A stretch of DNA of 64,000 nt from Coleofasciculus sp. B1-GNL1-01. GTDB lineage: Bacteria > Cyanobacteriota > Cyanobacteriia > Cyanobacteriales > Coleofasciculaceae. The stretch lies in the NCBI GenBank assembly GCA_040220235.1, contig JAVJTO010000102.1; one strand, written 5' to 3'. The notes below the pieces were generated by a model, which saw only the letters and a program-made list of their open reading frames with translations, was not told where the DNA came from and searched no databases. This document shows positions 1 to 9,090 of this stretch, piece by piece. The position numbers were made by a program, and so were the translations under genes. The stretch's first letter is position 1; each line of letters opens with the position of its first letter.

Positions 1-96
1 ACTTTATGCGTGGCGATTGATGGTAACGTTTCTACAAAACCCGCCCTGACTCAGTGTTGACTTTTAAGTTATAGCTGTCGCTCTAAAGGTGAGGAT

Positions 97-189
97 GAAT
101 GGTACTGATTTAAGGCTGGTGAGCAGTACCCACCCTACGGTATATCAAGGGTTTCGGCGAGTCAAAACTGCCAATTTTCAGTACCATTC
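97..189. mobile_element. MITE with terminal inverted repeats GAATGGTACTGA/TCAGTACCATTC
   Basis: 12-bp perfect terminal inverted repeat. Flanks AGGTGAGGAT/AGATTAGGAT look like a decayed 10-bp target duplication. Related copy at 59769-59864. Confidence 0.7.
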
Positions 190-207
190 AGATTAGGATA
201 GTTTTTC

Positions 208-267
208 TTCCCCAGCCTCCTCATCTCCCCCAGCTTCCCCAACTCCCTCAGCTCCCCCACTTCCCCT
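208..267. repeat. Degenerate 9-bp tandem repeats (CTCCCCCAG-like)
   Basis: Visible tandem 9-mers; similar arrays at 7209-7275 and 47107-47147. Confidence 0.75.
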
Positions 268-399
268 AATCTGAAAACGTCCGTGATAAGTTCGATGGTG
301 AGATAGAGTTGGATACTTGGATAATGGATGGATTTAGTGGTATTCATACCCTTTAACCGTCTCACCAAATCCAACCCGGACTTATCGAGGATGATGACA

Positions 400-822
400 A
401 TGACCATTAACACGGCGAAGATTGAGAACATTTTGCAGAATTTTGTGACGGGCACCAGTGAGGTTCAGGGAGCAGCTTTGGTGTCTCCAGACGGGCTACC
501 CTTAGCTTCAAGCTTGCCTAATGAGATGGATGAAGAACGAGTTTCCGCCATGTCAGCGGCGATGCTATCGTTGGGAGAGCGGATTGGCTCAGAGTTGTCC
601 CGAGGCTTTCTTGATCGCATCTACGTAGAAGGCGATCGCGGCTACGGCATTTTGACCAACTGCGGCGAATATGCGGTGTTACTGGTTTTAGCCAGCAAAG
701 CGGCGAAACAAGGTGTACTGTTGCTGGAAATTAAGCGTGTGATTCCAGAGTTGAAGGCGGCGCTTGATCCAATCCGGAAAATATCAGGAGCGTATGACAC
801 TCAATCACAGGTCGCTGAATAA
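400..822 (+). CDS. Roadblock/LC7 domain protein (MglB-like)
   Basis: VQGAALVSPDGLPLAS...ERVSAMSAAMLSLGERIG is a typical Roadblock/LC7 pattern. ATG at 400 follows a GAGG ribosome-binding site; the ORF track starts at 328. Confidence 0.88.
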   Translation: MTINTAKIENILQNFVTGTSEVQGAALVSPDGLPLASSLPNEMDEERVSAMSAAMLSLGERIGSELSRGFLDRIYVEGDRGYGILTNCGEYAVLLVLASKAAKQGVLLLEIKRVIPELKAALDPIRKISGAYDTQSQVAE

Positions 823-859
823 TTCATGACCACGACAAGAACCACAATTGCTCTCCTAC

Positions 860-1056
860 CTCTATCATGGCTGTGACGAGGTGGGATACTCTCTTACACT
901 GCCGAAGCGTGAGAAGCGTGAGTTTGCCCAGAATGTAGTGTGGGCTTGAGTTTCAGCTCAAATACAGGATAGAGATTTAATCCCCATAGCTCTATCACGT
1001 CGGTAAGGTACGCTAAAGCGCTGCTCACAGATAAGTCTTGAACTTGGAAGAATCCT
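860..1056 (+). pseudogene. Possible decayed TnpB C-terminal fragment (IS200/IS605 family)
   Basis: Frameshifted reading YHGCDEVGYSLTLPKRE / VCPECS / IQDRDL resembles the TnpB zinc ribbon plus DRD motif; ends near GAAGAATCC. Confidence 0.3.
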
Positions 1057-1298
1057 GAAAACCGACACCCAATCTTGAATCAGGCAGTGTAAACTTGTCC
1101 TGACTGTTGCTTTGGCGCTCTGACTGATGTTGCCAAGGTTAGGATAACACGATTACTATAGATCATAAAGATATTTATGATTTATCTAAGATAAGTAACA
1201 AAAAATTGATTATTCTTCAATTGGAATTGTAAACCTAAGACAATAAGTCTAGAGTTTGCCTATTTTTTGACAAGTTTTTAGCAAGTAGTGAACAAGTA

Positions 1299-2165
1299 AT
1301 GGCAATTACAAGCTGTTTGTCGGAGTTTTCTCTCCCTGAACTATTTCAATTTCTGGATCAAGGCAGCAAAACCGGATTGCTGACCTTGCGGTTTCTGACG
1401 GAGAATCATGAGAAACGAGTACGCCATGTACTCTTACATCAAGGTCGCATTGTCGCTGTGACCAATCGCTTGGATCACCAGTGCTTACTCGCCATGATTG
1501 TACAACGCGGCTGGATTAGCCCGGAAGTGTTGCGAGAGCAGGTGAACCGTTGCCCAGCCAATATTCCGATTGGCTTATATTTAAAGACTCAATCGTTTCT
1601 CCAGCCGGAACAACTCAGACTGTTGTTCCACGCTCAAGTTCTACGGCAAGTCTGTGGTTTGTTTCGGCTGAGAGAGGCTCGATTTAAATTTGATACTAAA
1701 GCCACTTTGCCCACGACGGAAATGACTGGCTTAAGCCTCAGCGCCACCGAAGCCACGTTAATGGGTTTACGAGTGTTAAGAGACTGGGTATTATTAGCAA
1801 ACAAACTGCCAGAACCAACCTCCGCCCTGTCGAGAGTAGTGATTGGCAAGCGTCATCTACGCTTGGATTCGGTGGAAGGGCAAGTTTGGCAGCGATCAAA
1901 TGGCTCGATTTCTCTGAATACAATGGCAACTCAGCTCAAACAACCCATAGAAATAATTCAACAAACGGCATTCCGACTGATTAGCGTGGGTTTAGTCCAA
2001 GAAGTCCCAATGATGACGGCGACGTCTCGTTCTAAAGCAATGGCAGAAGATGTGTTAGAGCCTGTAGCTGCTGGAACCAATCACGGCAGTAAAGAGGATA
2101 ATGGCTCTGAGGTTAGTCCTTCGTTTATGCAAAACTTGCTGGGTTTCTTGAGGAGCAGCAAGTAA
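1299..2165 (+). CDS. DUF4388/PATAN-domain protein
   Basis: N-terminus MAITSCLSEFSLPELFQFLDQGSKTGLLTL matches the DUF4388 pattern; HTH-like C-terminal part; no receiver domain seen. Confidence 0.8.
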   Translation: MAITSCLSEFSLPELFQFLDQGSKTGLLTLRFLTENHEKRVRHVLLHQGRIVAVTNRLDHQCLLAMIVQRGWISPEVLREQVNRCPANIPIGLYLKTQSFLQPEQLRLLFHAQVLRQVCGLFRLREARFKFDTKATLPTTEMTGLSLSATEATLMGLRVLRDWVLLANKLPEPTSALSRVVIGKRHLRLDSVEGQVWQRSNGSISLNTMATQLKQPIEIIQQTAFRLISVGLVQEVPMMTATSRSKAMAEDVLEPVAAGTNHGSKEDNGSEVSPSFMQNLLGFLRSSK

Positions 2166-2167
2166 CG

Positions 2168-2710
2168 GTGGAAATTATGCGTCTAGTTGTTACGGGTACA
2201 GTGGGTGCTGGTAAGTCCACCTTCATTCGCTCAGTTAGCGAGATTGCTGTAGTTGATACAGATCGACTCTCAACCGATCAAACTACTGACATTAAGAAAA
2301 AAACAACCGTAGCGATGGACTTTGGACGCTTACAATTTGCCCCAGAAATGGCATTGCATCTCTATGGTACACCCGGACAAGCTCGCTTCGATTTTATGTG
2401 GGATATCTTGATTCGCAAAGCCCATGCTTATATCCTTTTGGTAGATGCTCACCGTCCTAGCGATTTTCGCTCAGCCCGCAAGCTGCTCGCGTTTATGAAA
2501 CAGAGAGTAGACATTCCCATGCTAATTGGCTTGACCCACAGAGATTGTGAAGGCGCTTGGTCTGAAGAAAATGTCGCGATCGCTCTAGGGTTTGTCGATG
2601 AAAAAACTCGTCCACCTTTCGTTACCTTAAATGCGAATGAAAAAGATTCAGTTATTGATACTCTAATTGTCTTAATTGAACATTATTTAAATTGTGTTGT
2701 TAAAACATAA
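2168..2710 (+). CDS. MglA-like small GTPase (ATP/GTP-binding protein)
   Basis: GTVGAGKST P-loop, TTVAMDFG, GTPGQxRF, THRD; GTG start 2 nt after the upstream stop. Confidence 0.88.
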   Translation: MEIMRLVVTGTVGAGKSTFIRSVSEIAVVDTDRLSTDQTTDIKKKTTVAMDFGRLQFAPEMALHLYGTPGQARFDFMWDILIRKAHAYILLVDAHRPSDFRSARKLLAFMKQRVDIPMLIGLTHRDCEGAWSEENVAIALGFVDEKTRPPFVTLNANEKDSVIDTLIVLIEHYLNCVVKT

Positions 2711-3113
2711 AAGTTTGGGCATTTTTATTTTTTATAAATAAAATCTATATAAAATTAATTTTACATCACTATACTATATTTAATTACAGCAGTTTGCTCT
2801 GCTATGCGGTACATTGTCGATCCCCCTAAATCCCATTTTTGTAAATCATTATGGATCGTGTGAGCATTTTGTTCATATCTAGAAGTAAGCTAGTCAGATG
2901 CTTGTGCTTCATGCAGGCTTCGGCGTCCTCGCTACTTGGGCTGAAGTGACAGGACCATGCTGAAAAAATTAAGACTATCGGCTAATATGAATAATTGTTA
3001 AGCTATAATATTATTAAGAAAATATAAAATTAAGCTAACTTCCTTTAAAGCTTCAACACGTCCTGCCTGATTGAAGTCTGCGCTGATGCTCTTAAAACTG
3101 TCCTTTTAAAACT

Positions 3114-3980
3114 ATGGCTATTACAGGATACTTATCTGACTTGTCTCTTCCCGAACTGTTTCATTTGATTGAACAAGGGAAAAAAACCGGGTTACTCACA
3201 TTACGCACCGCATTAACCATACCATCAATTCCCTATTATGTATGGGTTCACCAAGGTCGTATTGTCGCGACAGCTAATCGCTTGAATGGTCAAGGTTTAA
3301 TCGCCCTGATTGAGCAATACCAGTGGGTGAGCGATCGCGTGGTCGCCAAATTAGTCCAATGGTGCTGTCCGACGGGAAAACCTCTGGGGTTGTGTCTCAA
3401 AAATCACGGTGTTTTACAAACCGAACATCTTAAGCAGTTATTCCAAGTTCAGGTTTTACAGCAAATCGGTACTCTGTTTCAACTCAAAGATGCTCAATTT
3501 AAATTCGAGCAGAATGTACCCCTACCTGGGCGAGAAATGACGGGGTTGAGCATACCCGCCACTGAAGCCACGTTAATGGGATTGAGGGTGCTGCCAAACT
3601 GGGATACCTTAGCTGATAAATTACCTGATCCTAATAGCGGTTTAATCAGTACAAAGACAGGTCAACTTCGTTACCGATTAGATCCGGTCGAATGGCAGAT
3701 TTGGGAGTACACAAAAGGGACAGTTTCGCTGAAAATGATTGCCAGGGAACTACGACTCCCAATAGAAAAAGTTCAGCAAATTGCTTTTGCCCTGATTACA
3801 GTCGGTTTAGCCGAAGAAGTGCCGTTATTCGTGGGAAATCTACCCACTCAATCCGTTGAACCCTTACCCGCGCAATTGACGGAAGAATCGGAAAGTAAAA
3901 CGCTCAGTCAATCTTTCGTACAAAACTTTATGAGTTTTTTGCGGAACAGTAAAACAAAACCGATATCAGTTGGAACTTAA
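3114..3980 (+). CDS. DUF4388/PATAN-domain protein (paralogue of 1299..2165)
   Basis: Same length (288 aa) and shared blocks SLPELF, HQGRIVA, EMTGLS.ATEATLMGLRVL. Confidence 0.8.
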   Translation: MAITGYLSDLSLPELFHLIEQGKKTGLLTLRTALTIPSIPYYVWVHQGRIVATANRLNGQGLIALIEQYQWVSDRVVAKLVQWCCPTGKPLGLCLKNHGVLQTEHLKQLFQVQVLQQIGTLFQLKDAQFKFEQNVPLPGREMTGLSIPATEATLMGLRVLPNWDTLADKLPDPNSGLISTKTGQLRYRLDPVEWQIWEYTKGTVSLKMIARELRLPIEKVQQIAFALITVGLAEEVPLFVGNLPTQSVEPLPAQLTEESESKTLSQSFVQNFMSFLRNSKTKPISVGT

Positions 3981-3999
3981 GTTCTGAGATTTGAGGAAA

Positions 4000-4059
4000 G
4001 TAGGGGCGGGTTTCACTACTATCATTTTGGTTTCACCTAGATGCGACTAAACCCGCCCT
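4000..4059. repeat. REP-like palindrome GTAGGGGCGGGTTT...AAACCCGCCC
   Basis: Inverted arms. Family members at 4932-4996, 5058-5122, ~5791-5856, 17988-18050, 42095-42156, 42279-42343 and 42416-42480. Confidence 0.8.
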
Positions 4060-4136
4060 GACCGAGTTTTGAGTGGCGCTGGCTTTTTGGTTCCAAATCT
4101 TGTCGGGTATTACAATTAGCAAGGAACCATGAACCA

Positions 4137-4901
4137 CTACCCTGTTGCCACTTGTACCATTTCCTCTGGCGTCAAATAAGAATAAATCACCTCTCCATCC
4201 CGAAACCAAACAATACGCTTCGTCAAACGAGCGACATCCGGTTCGTGAGTCACCATCACCACCGTAATTCCCTCCTCATTGAGTTGACTGAATAACCCAA
4301 TCACTTCAGCCGTCGTATGAGAATCCAGCGCCCCGGTTGGTTCATCTGCCAAAAGTAATACGGGTTGATTGACGATCGCCCGGGCAATGGCTACCCGTTG
4401 CTGTTGTCCACCAGACAGTTGATTGGGCTTATTTAACTGGCGATTTTCCAAGCCAACCCGTTTTAAAGCACTCATGGCGCGATCGCGGCGTTCTTGGGGA
4501 GAAATTCCAGCATACACCATAGGCAACATCACATTTTCCAAAGCAGTGAGTTGCGGCAGAAGATGAAATTGCTGAAACACAAAACCAATCTTGACATTGC
4601 GAATCCCAGCTAATTGAGTATCATCCAGATGAGAAACATCCACACCATCTAGGTAATAGCGTCCAGACGTGGGTTGGTCAAGACAGCCGATAACATTCAT
4701 GACCGTTGATTTTCCTGACCCCGACGCCCCCATAATTGAGCAGTATTCACCTTTCTCTATAGTTAGATTTACTTGGCTTAGGGCTTTGACTTCTGTGTTA
4801 CCTGTACCATAAACCTTAGAAATATTTTCTAGACGAATAATAATGGGTGGTTCCACTGCTGTTGAATGAAGGGACGATGGAAAATTGATAGAGTCGTGCA
4901 T
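4137..4901 (-). CDS. ABC exporter ATP-binding protein (MacB/LolD/DevA type)
   Basis: GASGSGKST Walker A, LSGGQQQRVAIARA signature, LLADEPTGALD, VTHE. Confidence 0.93.
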   Translation of the reverse strand: MHDSINFPSSLHSTAVEPPIIIRLENISKVYGTGNTEVKALSQVNLTIEKGEYCSIMGASGSGKSTVMNVIGCLDQPTSGRYYLDGVDVSHLDDTQLAGIRNVKIGFVFQQFHLLPQLTALENVMLPMVYAGISPQERRDRAMSALKRVGLENRQLNKPNQLSGGQQQRVAIARAIVNQPVLLLADEPTGALDSHTTAEVIGLFSQLNEEGITVVMVTHEPDVARLTKRIVWFRDGEVIYSYLTPEEMVQVATG

Positions 4902-4931
4902 ATAGTCCTACGGTTAAACAAGAAGACAATT

Positions 4932-5122
4932 GTAGGGGCGGGTTTAGGAACTCAATTATGTATTCACCGATAACTAAACAACAAAACCCGCCCTACCCAC
5001 TGATAACGAACAAAAGCCTAAATAGTATTTTTGGTTTATAATCATGATATTTCATCTGTAGGGGCGGGTTTAGGGACTCAATTATGTCTTCACCGATAAC
5101 CAAACAACAAAACCCGCCCTAC
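4932..5122. repeat. Two near-identical REP-like elements in direct orientation
   Basis: 4932-4996 and 5058-5122 share both arms and spacer (ACTCAATTATGT..TCACCGATAAC.AAACAAC). Confidence 0.85.
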
Positions 5123-5164
5123 CCAATGATAACGGAATAACTATAGATAGACTGGGTAAATTCA

Positions 5165-5524
5165 ATGCTGAAAAAACTGAGAGGTGGATTTTTAATGGGA
5201 ATTGGCTATATGCTCTCCCCGTTGTCTTGGTGGAATGACTTATTTTTTAATATGCCCATTGCCTACCTTTTTGCCTATCTGTTCAGTTGGATTTTTCCTG
5301 ACCTGTTTTTACCGCTCACCGCTGTTGGTTACTGGCTCTCCAATATTATAGGAATTTTAATGATGCAAATGGGGGCTACAGATATGTTTTTTGAGCAAAA
5401 GCAACGGAATCCTAAAAAAGATTTACTCATTGGTTTTGGGGCATCAACGGTTTATACATTAGTTGTTGTAGCACTGATGTATTTTCATGTTCTCGAATCT
5501 CCTGTATTTTTAGTTGATCAGTAG
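5165..5524 (+). CDS. Small hypothetical membrane protein
   Basis: 119 aa with about three hydrophobic segments; LSPLSWWND motif. Confidence 0.75.
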   Translation: MLKKLRGGFLMGIGYMLSPLSWWNDLFFNMPIAYLFAYLFSWIFPDLFLPLTAVGYWLSNIIGILMMQMGATDMFFEQKQRNPKKDLLIGFGASTVYTLVVVALMYFHVLESPVFLVDQ

Positions 5525-5632
5525 AACTCAATTTCATTTAAGTCAAGTTTTTTTATGGACATAATATAAAAGCATATTTTGTTGTTTATTTCTTGGTAAG
5601 GCAAGGCAGGTTTTTTTCATTTATCGGTGGGG

Positions 5633-5760
5633 TAAGCTGTTCGGCATTTAAACCTTAATATCAATAACGGCGAAAGCCTTGTAGTGCGTTTAGCGAAGCC
5701 ATGCCGCAGGCTTGGCATCTTGCTCGCTACTAATACCCAATTTAAATGCATGACAGCTTA
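5633..5760. mobile_element. TA-flanked MITE (AGCTGTTCGGCATTTAAA...TTTAAATGCATGACAGCT)
   Basis: Imperfect terminal inverted repeats with TA on both sides; copies at 32939-33041 (inverted) and 40149-40279. Confidence 0.8.
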
Positions 5761-5880
5761 GGACGGGTTTTATTGATACGTTATCGGTAAGGTAGGGCGG
5801 GTTTTGTTAGTACGTTATCGGTGACATGCCAATTGAGTTCCTAAACCCGCCCTTACAATTGACAGACGTGCCATGGCACT

Positions 5881-7098
5881 CTAAGCACTCCTCAACGCCA
5901 CAATTGGGTCAAGTTTCGCTGCTTGTCTGGCGGGAACGACGCCAAAAAATAAACCAATTCCTCCGGAAACGCCAACAGCTACGAGAATAGCAATGGGTGA
6001 AATTCCAGCTTTTAAGGGCGAGAAAGCACCAACCAGTAAAACACCGCTTACACCAATTGCGGTTCCAATAATTCCCCCGGCGGCGGAGAGAATAATTGCC
6101 TCAATCATAAACTGAATTAGGATATCCTGTTCTCTAGCACCCACGGCTTTCCGTAGTCCAATTTCCTGGGTTCGTTCCCTAACTGATACCAGCATAATGT
6201 TCATCACACCGATACCGCCAACAACTAAGGAAATGGCTGCGATCGCGGCGAGCATGATTGTTAATGCACCTGTCACCGTATTGACGATTTGTAAGATATC
6301 CTCCTGAGTCTGAACACCAAAATCATCTTCACCCACAATTTTATGGCGTCGCCGCAGTAAGTTTTCAATTTGAAACTGAGCTGCACTAATACTATCTCGA
6401 TCCCTAGCCGAAACCGCAATCCAGCTTACTTGAACCCCATAAGGCGAAGTGCGTCCCCGCAATCGATTCGCCATCGTACTTAAAGGGATAAACACCGCAT
6501 CATCCTGGTTATTGCCTAAAAAAGTACCTTTGGGTTCCATCACCCCGATAACTTCAAAGCTAACATCTTTAATTCGCACCGATTGACCAATCGGATCTTG
6601 GTAGCCAAATAATTTTTCGACAACTTCAGAACCCAGAACGACAACTTGGTTGTTGCGTTTGATGTCAATATCGGTAAAAAACCGTCCTTTTTCAACATTA
6701 AAGCTGCGAACCGATAGAAATTCTGGGGTTGTTCCGGTTACCAATGAATTACTATTGCGATTGCGGTAGGTAATTAAATATCTCAAATTAATTTGCGGAG
6801 CGACTTCGGCAACGGCTGGAACTTGAGTCGCGATCGCCTGAGCATCTTCCCAAACTAATGTTTTAGGAAAATCAACGGTTGTCTGTTGCGCTTCACGAGA
6901 GCCGGGAATCACAAATAGGACATTAGGTCCGAGAGCTTCAAACTGTTCAGAGGCTAGTTTTTGCGCTCCTTGTCCAATTCCCACCATCGCGATCACTGAG
7001 GCATTCCCAATTATAATGCCCAACATGGTTAAGCTACTGCGTAGCTTGTTCGCCATCAACGTGGTAGATGCCATTTTGATGCTTTCTACAATATCCAT
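5881..7098 (-). CDS. ABC exporter permease (MacB/FtsX family)
   Basis: NKLRSSLTMLGIIIG, GGIGVMNIMLVSVRERTQEIGLRKAVGA, PARQAAKLDPIVALR. Confidence 0.93.
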   Translation of the reverse strand: MDIVESIKMASTTLMANKLRSSLTMLGIIIGNASVIAMVGIGQGAQKLASEQFEALGPNVLFVIPGSREAQQTTVDFPKTLVWEDAQAIATQVPAVAEVAPQINLRYLITYRNRNSNSLVTGTTPEFLSVRSFNVEKGRFFTDIDIKRNNQVVVLGSEVVEKLFGYQDPIGQSVRIKDVSFEVIGVMEPKGTFLGNNQDDAVFIPLSTMANRLRGRTSPYGVQVSWIAVSARDRDSISAAQFQIENLLRRRHKIVGEDDFGVQTQEDILQIVNTVTGALTIMLAAIAAISLVVGGIGVMNIMLVSVRERTQEIGLRKAVGAREQDILIQFMIEAIILSAAGGIIGTAIGVSGVLLVGAFSPLKAGISPIAILVAVGVSGGIGLFFGVVPARQAAKLDPIVALRSA

Positions 7099-7208
7099 TT
7101 TGTGAATTATGAATTAGAAATTATGATTATAGATTTTTGGGTTCGTCAGCTTTCCAGACACGAATCCCCTTCTCCCAATACTGTTCGGATAAGCTTTAAT
7201 TTCATTTA

Positions 7209-7275
7209 TTCTTCCCCATCTTCCCCATCTTCCCCATCTTCCCCATCTTCCCCATCTCCCCCAGCTTCCCCAGCT
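7209..7275. repeat. 9-bp tandem repeat (CTTCCCCAT)n
   Basis: Directly visible array. Confidence 0.85.
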
Positions 7276-7286
7276 CTCCTTTTCTC

Positions 7287-8720
7287 CTACTCTTCTTCTT
7301 CAGGATTATAGTTTTCAGGTAAATCAATAAACACCCTTTCTCCTTCTCTCAATCCCCGGATAATCTGAGTTTTATCCTCAATAGTTGCTCCAATTGTGAC
7401 CGGTTTAAACTTAGGCTGATCTTCAAAATCAGGAACCATAACCCCAGTTTCGCCCTCTTGCGTCACCACCGCCACTGTCGGAACAACCAGAGCATCGCTA
7501 ATCGGTTTTCCTAAAAATGTCAGGTCAACGTTCATTCCAGAGCGCAATTTCTCCTGCGCTTCCGGCGCTAGGACAACTCGCACTCGAAACGATGTAACAT
7601 CATTTATCTCAACAGCTTCTGGAGCAACCAACCTAACCTGACCTCGGAAAGCCTGATCCGGAAACGCATCTGAGGTAACTTGTACTTGCTGTTTTTCTTG
7701 AATTTGTCCAATATCAACTTCGGGAACTTCAGCCAGAACCTCTAGTTGTTGGGTGGCTAATGCGACGATTGATGTAGAGGTCGCTGAAGCTGTACTTGAT
7801 GCCGAGGTTGTTGGCGTGACAAATGCGCCAACCGTGGCATATTTCTGAGTAATAATTCCCGGAAAAGGCGCACGAATAATCGTGTCTATCCCTTGGATTT
7901 CAGCAGCCAGTACTTGAGCGTTAGCTGCTTCTACGGCTGCTTCAAGTTGGACAATCTCGGCTTCGTAGGTTTCCTGAAGTTGTTGCCATGTCAAGTCAGC
8001 TTCTTTAACCGCAGCTTTGAGTTGAACAATCTCTGGGCTGGTTTCATCCTCTTTAGTCTTACGTACTTGCTCTAAACGTTGTTGAGCTTCATAAAACTGG
8101 GCGGTGGCGGTACGGAATTCAGCCAATGTCTCATCGAACTGATCTTGGGATATGGCTCCCTTTTCTACCAAGTCCTTATACCGTTTAACTCGTTCTTGAG
8201 CTAAATTTAAACGGGAACGAGCAGTGAGGACTTGAGCGAAAGCTTGTTTAATTTCGCTGGGATTACCGGCTTGGGCTTCAGCAAGACGGGCTTGTGCCTG
8301 TATGAGTCGCTGTTTGGCTTGGGCAATTTCTTTAGGACGACTGACTTGGGTTTCCTTTAAACGAGCTTGTGCTTGCTTTCGTTCAGCTCTGGCGGCTACA
8401 AACCGAGCTTTAAGATCCTCTTGCTCCATTACCGCCACCACGTCTCCCGCGTCAACCTGATCCCCTTGTTCGACTTCCAGCTTGACCAAACGACCCGCCG
8501 TTTTCGGACTCAGGTTAACGGTTTGAACGGGTTGTACCGTACCATTTGCCGTGATTCGCACGGCTAAATCCTGCACATCCACTGGCACAGTCAGTTCATC
8601 AAGATCAAGTTGGTCTGGTTTTGCCGCAACCACCCAATAATATCCCGCACCACCCACGACAACAAGGCTGGCTGTGATGAATCCCATTACCCAAGGGAGA
8701 GGATTATTGTCTTTACCCAT
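7287..8720 (-). CDS. Efflux periplasmic adaptor / membrane fusion protein (HlyD/MacA family)
   Basis: N-terminal transmembrane segment, lipoyl-like motifs (VNLSPKTAGRL..VEQGDQV, IRAPFPGII), long coiled coil; upstream of the permease. Confidence 0.9.
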   Translation of the reverse strand: MGKDNNPLPWVMGFITASLVVVGGAGYYWVVAAKPDQLDLDELTVPVDVQDLAVRITANGTVQPVQTVNLSPKTAGRLVKLEVEQGDQVDAGDVVAVMEQEDLKARFVAARAERKQAQARLKETQVSRPKEIAQAKQRLIQAQARLAEAQAGNPSEIKQAFAQVLTARSRLNLAQERVKRYKDLVEKGAISQDQFDETLAEFRTATAQFYEAQQRLEQVRKTKEDETSPEIVQLKAAVKEADLTWQQLQETYEAEIVQLEAAVEAANAQVLAAEIQGIDTIIRAPFPGIITQKYATVGAFVTPTTSASSTASATSTSIVALATQQLEVLAEVPEVDIGQIQEKQQVQVTSDAFPDQAFRGQVRLVAPEAVEINDVTSFRVRVVLAPEAQEKLRSGMNVDLTFLGKPISDALVVPTVAVVTQEGETGVMVPDFEDQPKFKPVTIGATIEDKTQIIRGLREGERVFIDLPENYNPEEEE

Positions 8721-9090
8721 AGTCTGTGTCAGGTTCCCTCATTAATCTGTTACAGCAGAATTCTTGCTTTTAAGGAGTGAACACTTATTTTCCTCGCAAG
8801 GCGCAAAAACAAACAATCAATCATCTGTTTCCGTTACACCGATTTGGCTATCTCGGTTGGTGCTACGTCAACGACGCCCGTCTAAGCCGTTCAAGTTCCT
8901 TTATTCCTATACTAACCGTACTAACGAAGGGCATCCTCAATTTAGGTTATGGGTTTTCTCCAGAAGATTAGCGATAAAACCCGCCCCGACATCCCTGCTG
9001 CTTCAGTCTTCCACATCATTCCCTGGACGAGAACGCCAGTAAGAGTGCTAACGTAGCTGAAGATTCTTTGTTGTGGTTTGAGACTTCACC

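Noticed and set aside
162..455. ORFs built from tandem repeats (also 7102..7311, 46928..47314, 57852..58211)
   Set aside because: Low-complexity translations of intergenic 7- to 9-bp repeats, or antisense to real genes.
4932..5122. Two long direct repeats as a possible CRISPR array
   Set aside because: About 65-bp palindromic REP-like units found dispersed across the window, not a repeat-spacer array.
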